A stretch of DNA of 64,000 nt, from contig NW_027362765.1 in assembly GCF_046119375.1 (NCBI RefSeq), forward strand, positions 90,830,001 to 90,894,000. The letters are read 5' to 3'. The stretch's first letter is position 1; every line of letters starts with the position of its first letter. Positions 61,085 to 64,000 of this stretch are shown here, in pieces. Under the pieces are notes generated by a model. It saw only the letters and a list, made by a program, of their open reading frames with translations. It was not told the DNA's origin and searched no databases. The translations under genes and the position numbers were made by a program. This DNA comes from Phyllobates terribilis. Lineage: Eukaryota.

Positions 61085-61524
61085 TCGTGCCCGCAACCAC
61101 CGGGTACTGCGTGCCTGAAAAAGAGACTTTTATACTTACCTGTGGTGAAGTTTCCCGCCGTCCGGAGTCGTTTCCCGCCATCCGGAGCCGATTCCCGCCA
61201 TCAGACGCCATCTTGGACCGTTTCCCGCCGTCTTCTGCCTTCTTCCCGCCATCCGCAGCTGCTTCCCGCCTTCGGACGCCATCTTCGGGACGCCGCGCGG
61301 GAAGAAGAGGGGCGTGGACGCCGAAAGCGTGCGAGATCCGAAGCTCCGCCCCACGCTCCGCCCCACGCTCCGACGCTGCGTAAGGTCCTGGAAGGAAGGA
61401 AGAGCGACGCTGACGTCATCATAGCGCGACGCCAGGTCCTCAACCCTGACGATCGACTGAGGAGCCGCGGCCTACGGAAGAAGAGCATCGCAAGGTAGGC
61501 CACGGTCCACTAGGGGAGAGGAGG

Positions 61525-62508
61525 ATGCCGGATACCGAGGGGAGCTCCACTGCCACAGCCACCACCAGCGCAACCGCTGCAGCAGTCATGCCATTCACCA
61601 TGCCCTATATCCCGGGGGCAACCTGGCTACCCCAGTACTCAGGGGAGTCACATACTCTAAATGACTTTAGAGAAAGACTGGATAGCCTCTTCCAGGTGTA
61701 CCCCCTCACAGAAGAACAAAAAGTGAGCATCCTGGTGGCCCAATTAATCGGGGCAGCCCAAAGGGAGGTAAAGTCCTGGCCACCTGGGAGGAAGAGGACT
61801 GTCAGAGAAATACTAGCCCGGCTGAAAGACACATTTGATACCCGCACCTCAGCCGAAATAAAACCAAGATTTTATGGGTGCAAACAACGGGCACATGAGA
61901 GTATAAGAGACTATGCGCTAAACCTACAAGAGGCCCTGAGAGCCATTAAGCAGGCAGACCCTGACAGCGTGGGAAATGAAGATAAGCTGTTGACTGAACA
62001 ATTTATTGAGGGTCTACTGTGCAATGCCCACCGAACCCAGTTGCGGGCAATGGCCTTACAGGACCCTGACCTGGACTTTGCACAGTTCAAGGACAGAGCC
62101 ATCCGGGTGCTCCGAGAACCGGCACCAGGTGGCGCTGTGACCCACAGGCGCCCTGCTATCACTTACCACCAGGAGACAGCGCCCTTGTCTGCAGGGCCTG
62201 TGGGAGCTGATGCGCAGGCTTTAAACAGTGACCCGGCTACAGACCTGCACCATCAGGTCCAAGAGCTGACTAAGAGCGTTGTCGCGCTAACCAGAACTGT
62301 GCAGTCTTTACGGGTCTCTTCTCCAGGAAAGATCCAGCTGGCATCCGGACCGGAGGACATCCCGTGGCGCCGACTGAAGAGGACCCCACCGGCCAGAGGA
62401 AGACCCAGCGACAGATACAACGAAGACGGATGACCCATCTGCCGCCGCTGCAATCAGCCCGGACATGTAGCAAGGTACTGTCATTTAAACGGGCACAACC
62501 TGGGGTAG
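61525..62508 (+). pseudogene. gag: gag (PNMA-like capsid + CCHC) with one premature TGA at 62431-33
   Basis: LPQYSGE..LNDF, F...KQ...ESIRDYA..L, EQFIEGL; CRRCNQPGHVARYC lies just after the TGA. Confidence 0.85.
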
Positions 62509-64000
62509 AGGGCCAACCCCCAGGCATAAGACCATCAGGCCCATCAAACTGGCGTGATAAATACGTAGGGGGACGTCCAATCTTGCCTGTGGTACTGGAT
62601 GGCATTCCTATGAGTGCCCTACTAGACACCGGGTCACAGGTCACCACCATCCCGTACGTGCTCTTCAAGCAGTACTGGAATGACTCGGACATAACCCGCT
62701 ACCCAGATGACGACCTGAGTATCATCGCCAGCAATGGTCAGCCCGTGCCGCAGGTGGGATTCAAAGAGGTGACCATTAAGATCGGTAAAGTCGAACTGGC
62801 AGCACAAGGACTGATAATAGTGGACATAGACTGTCATGAGAGTCACCCTAGAATAACCTTGGGAACTAATGTGATTGAAAATTGTCTTGCAGAGGTGATT
62901 CTCATTTTACAGCAGGTTGCCAAGAACGCCAGTTCCGGCCAGCAGCGTGTGCTCCAAAAAGAGATCCGGGCACTGATGAAGCGGCAACAGGTGGAACTAT
63001 CTGGTGGTGAGATAGGTAGCGTGAGAATGTGTGACCCGTTCCCTATTGCCATGCCCCCAAAAAGTGAGATGATGATTTGGTGCCGGGCAGCTATTGGTCT
63101 AAGAGGTAGAGACTACCAAGCAGTGGTAGAGCCCGTCTACTCAGACAGTAGGCCCACCATTTTGACAGCACGGGGGGTGGTCGATGTACGCCATGGGAGG
63201 GTGCCCGTTCGCATCATAAATATCGGGGAGAGAGAAGTACACCTGCCCCGGTATGCCACGCTAGCCAAATTGTTCACCATAAACCAGAATTCTGTACAGG
63301 CCGTGGAACCCTTGCCTCCATCTCAACCAGAGGAAGGTAACGGCTCTAAGAAACCAATGGAGGACTGGTGTCAGCAACTGCATTTGGGTACTGACTCCAC
63401 TCCCTCACACCAGAAACAGGGAGTCTATCGGGTGGTTCGAGAGTACGAGAGAGTGTTTAGTAAACACCCGCTAGACTTCGGGCGAGTAAAGGGGGTAGAA
63501 CACCACATCCCCACGGGAGACCATCCTCCCATAAAGGAGAGATACCGACCCGTACCCCCGGCACACTACCAACACGCCAAGGGGATGCTTAGAGACATGA
63601 AGGAGGCTGGGGTAATCAGGGACAGCTGTAGCCCCTGGGCAGCTCCACTAGTCTTAGTGAAAAAGAAAGACAACACCATGAGAATGTGTGTAGACTACAG
63701 GAAGGTCAACCGTATCACACACAAAGATGCGTACCCGTTACCAAGGATAGAAGAGTCCTTAGCTGCATTAAAATCTGCTAACTTCTTCTCTACTTTGGAT
63801 CTCACTAGCGGGTACTGGCAGGTTCCTGTAGCAGAGGCGGACCGGGAGAAGACCGCATTCACCACCCCGATGGGTCTCAGCGAATTTAACTGTATGCCGT
63901 TCGGGCTCTGCAACGCACCAGGAACCTTCCAACGGTTGATGGAATGCTGTCTGGGACACCGGAACTTCGAGACGGTCCTGTTATACCTGGACGATGTCAT
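62484..64000 (+). CDS. pol: pol (protease, dUTPase-like segment, RT), 5' part
   Basis: Entered by -1 shift at T TTA AAC; LLDTGSQVT; SPWAAPLVLVKKKD, CVDYR, LDLTSGYWQ, MPFGLCNAP, LYLDDV. Confidence 0.92.

Larger units (their letters stand above)
60017..64000 (+). mobile_element. Gypsy LTR retrotransposon (tRNA-Ser primed), running off the window
   Basis: 5' LTR TGTGAC...GCGCGTCA 60017-61061; PBS; gag; pol through YLDD. Confidence 0.95.

Noticed and set aside
61136-61503. GC-rich overlapping ORFs in the Gypsy leader
   Set aside because: Open on both strands because of GC richness and short repeats; no domain evidence

Overview
Eukaryotic DNA packed with transposable elements, most likely from a frog (inferred from the repeat families, not proven). 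I found no confidently supported host gene, rRNA, tRNA or CRISPR array. Most long ORFs in the track are either TE genes or artefacts of tandem repeats. The window holds at least three distinct Gypsy/Metaviridae lineages. (1) A Gmr1-like element with SCAN-like gag and PR-IN-RT-RH order (17.6-22.0 kb). (2) A nearly intact Tf1/sushi-type chromovirus with a self-priming signature and a -1 frameshift pseudoknot (28.0-34.7 kb). (3) A tRNA-Ser-primed element with PNMA-like gag that runs off the right edge (60.0-64.0 kb), plus a related solo LTR at 1.3-2.5 kb. Also present: a 5'-truncated CR1 LINE, L2 and RTE fragments, four Tc1 elements, a decayed BED-finger hAT transposase and many hAT/Tc1 MITEs with verifiable target-site duplications (TSDs). 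The most unusual items are a divergent cold-shock-domain-like ORF in a probable retroelement fragment (48.9-49.5 kb), a 5.76-kb hAT-mobilised palindrome built of nested palindromes (42.8-48.6 kb), a tRNA-Ser PBS-like motif conserved inside two diverged LTRs, a 228-bp microhomology-flanked templated insertion, and an 837-bp palindromic insert with a 14-bp TSD. All calls were made by eye without database searches. Boundaries not anchored by a TSD are approximate.
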